From Candidatus Saganbacteria bacterium (GTDB lineage Bacteria; Margulisbacteria; WOR-1; JAKLHX01), in assembly GCA_026387835.1 (NCBI GenBank), contig JAPLKZ010000008.1, positions 1 to 15,458 of the forward strand: a stretch of DNA of 15,458 bases, in the 5' to 3' direction. The notes below the pieces were generated by a model that was given only the letters and a program-made list of their open reading frames with translations, was not told the DNA's origin and ran no database searches. Made by a program: the position numbers and the translations under genes. Below, piece after piece: positions 14,356 to 15,458 of this stretch (position 1 is the first letter of the stretch; the number at the start of each line of letters is the position of its first letter).

Positions 14356-14868
14356 ATGATGAAAAAGACAAGACTGATCCACAGGGCCAAGATATTTGAC
14401 GTCGTAAAGAAGCGCGTCAAGCTGCCCAACGGGAACTGCCCGGAACTGGTGATAATAGAACATCCGGGTGCTGTCCTTGTCGTGCCTTTTTTAAACGATA
14501 ACGAGATCGTGATGATCCGCCAGTACAGGCCGGCCGTAGAAAGGTTCATCTGGGAGCTTCCGGCGGGCACACTTGAAAAAGGGGAAAGCCCGGTCAAATG
14601 CGCGAAAAGGGAGCTGATAGAGGAGATCGGGTACTGCGCGAAGAAGATCGTGCATCTTTATAATATTATCCCGGCGCCGGGATATTCTTCGGAGATATTG
14701 AAATATTACGCCGCGTTCGGCCTTAAAAAGGTCAAGAAACAAAGCCAGAACGACGAGGTCATCAGAGAAGAGATCTTCAACAAGAAACAGATCAGAAAGA
14801 TGTTCGAGAGCGGAAAGATAGTGGACAGCAAAACGATAACGGCGCTGGCGATAGTGGGATGGCTATGA
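14356..14868 (+). CDS. NUDIX hydrolase (ADP-ribose pyrophosphatase-like)
   Basis: 170 aa. The Nudix box is GTLEKGESPVKCAKRELIEEIGY (Gx5Ex7REUxEExGU). The N-terminal beta region is typical of the ADPRase subfamily. Confidence 0.88.
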   Translation: MMKKTRLIHRAKIFDVVKKRVKLPNGNCPELVIIEHPGAVLVVPFLNDNEIVMIRQYRPAVERFIWELPAGTLEKGESPVKCAKRELIEEIGYCAKKIVHLYNIIPAPGYSSEILKYYAAFGLKKVKKQSQNDEVIREEIFNKKQIRKMFESGKIVDSKTITALAIVGWL

Positions 14869-14901
14869 TTCGGCTGACGGCACGCCCACTCTGTTCGCTA
14901 C

Positions 14902-14972
14902 GGCTGACAGCTAACGGCTCCGGAGCTGTAAGCTGTAAGTGAGCGAAGCGAACGAGCCGTAAGCTGTGAGCC
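14902..14972 (+). promoter_or_regulatory. Long imperfect inverted repeat (possible structured RNA leader) upstream of the tRNA-binding protein gene
   Basis: The left arm ggctgacagctaacggctc (14902-14920) pairs with the right arm gagccgtaagctgtgagcc (14954-14972) at 17 of 19 positions, enclosing a 33-nt loop. Partial copies of both arms occur nearby. AAGGAG at 14979-14984 follows. Confidence 0.45.
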
Positions 14973-14989
14973 AAATAAAGGAGAAACAA

Positions 14990-15388
14990 ATGGTGACGAT
15001 CCAGGAATTCATGAATATAGAACTGAAGGTTGCGAAGATAGTGGAGGCGAGCGACCATCCGAACGCAGATAAACTTGTCGTCCTGAAAGTCGATGCGGGC
15101 GAGACGGAGAAGAAAACAGTCATGCAGGAGTATGCGTACGGTTCTGGAAACGAGGAGCCGCAAACCGTCTCTGTGCCCAAATACAGGCAGATCGTTGCGG
15201 GAATAAGGAATTCTTATTCGAGCGAACAACTGGTAGGAAAATATATCGTACTGGTGAGCAACCTTGAGCCTGCTATGCTCAGAGGAGTGGAGAGCCAGGG
15301 AATGCTTCTTGCAGCGTCAGATGATGAATCCGGGCCGGTTCTAATATGTCCGGAGAGAGAAGTGAAGGTGGGAGCGAAAGTGAAATAA
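14990..15388 (+). CDS. tRNA-binding domain protein (CsaA / Trbp111 / MetRS C-terminal-like OB fold)
   Basis: Motifs: IELKVAKIVEASDHPNADKLVVLKVDAGE, IVAGI, LVGKYIVLVSNLEPAMLRGVESQGMLLAA. The track ORF opens at the GTG at 14966. I prefer the in-frame ATG at 14990, which has AAGGAG 5 nt upstream. Confidence 0.85.
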   Translation: MVTIQEFMNIELKVAKIVEASDHPNADKLVVLKVDAGETEKKTVMQEYAYGSGNEEPQTVSVPKYRQIVAGIRNSYSSEQLVGKYIVLVSNLEPAMLRGVESQGMLLAASDDESGPVLICPEREVKVGAKVK

Positions 15389-15390
15389 CA

Positions 15391-15425
15391 GCCCTCACCC
15401 TTCCCTCTCCCATGGGGAGAGGGTG
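15391..15425 (+). repeat. REP-like palindrome, second copy of the CTCACCC...CCCTCTC/GAGAGGG motif
   Basis: gccctcacccttccctctcccatggggagagggtg. A perfect 9-bp stem pairs ccctctccc (15403-15411) with gggagaggg (15415-15423) around a 3-nt loop. It lies 3 nt after the stop codon and shares the ctcaccc, ccctctc and gagagggtg words with the element at 4271-4334. Confidence 0.6.
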
Positions 15426-15458
15426 AAAATAAATATGGTTTTATGGATAAAAAAATAA

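Noticed and set aside
14238-14597. 119-aa minus-strand ORF
   Set aside because: It overlaps the initiator tRNA gene and runs antisense to the well-supported NUDIX CDS. It has no recognisable motifs.
14869-14989. T-box leader, known riboswitch or CRISPR-like repeat in the NUDIX-csaA spacer
   Set aside because: There is no T-box consensus, specifier-loop or terminator-antiterminator T-run architecture. The repeats are short (7-9 nt), irregularly spaced and partly inverted, so this is not a repeat-spacer array. I kept it as an unclassified structured leader in the findings.
14966-14989. GTG start at 14966 for the tRNA-binding protein (track ORF, 140 aa)
   Set aside because: The in-frame ATG at 14990 has a well-spaced AAGGAG (14979-14984). 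The GTG lies inside the right arm of the long inverted repeat, and the extra residues MSQIKEKQ are not part of the conserved domain.
15435-15458. Mini-ORF atggttttatggataaaaaaataa (MVLWIKK*) at the right edge
   Set aside because: It is 7 codons long in AT-rich sequence with no Shine-Dalgarno, so it cannot be distinguished from chance.

Overview
Bacterial chromosomal segment with tightly packed genes, mostly housekeeping. I cannot assign the organism. The divergent gene content and mid-range GC (judged by eye, not computed) suggest an uncultured lineage.

Layout, left to right:
- plsY (truncated at the left edge), diverging from a co-directional, translationally coupled block efp-accB-recJ-purD, then a nested-hairpin terminator and rdgB.
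- A tandem array of four tRNAs: Pro-TGG, Pro-GGG, Gly-TCC, Arg-TCT.
- An orphan 596-aa ORF, then tRNA-His.
- A visibly AT-richer, accessory-looking stretch (about 7.4-10.7 kb): a signal-peptide acetolactate decarboxylase, an orphan 201-aa ORF, a yeast-FCY1-type cytosine deaminase and a divergent GT9-like glycosyltransferase.
- Nitroreductase, lipoprotein polysaccharide deacetylase and corA.
- A vapBC (AbrB/PIN) toxin-antitoxin pair directly next to an initiator tRNA-Met gene.
- A NUDIX hydrolase, a highly structured 121-bp leader, and a tRNA-binding-domain (CsaA/Trbp111-like) gene.

I found no CRISPR array, transposase, integrase, rRNA or recognisable multi-gene defence locus, and I cannot support a new multi-gene system here. 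The best candidates for something undescribed are:
1. The 596-aa ORF inside the tRNA array. It reads like an exonuclease plus helicase-C protein whose catalytic motifs have all eroded while the reading frame stays intact.
2. The repeat-rich structured leader at 14869-14989.
3. vapBC next to an initiator tRNA that has a non-canonical anticodon stem.

All homology statements are by-eye motif recognition. No database search was run.
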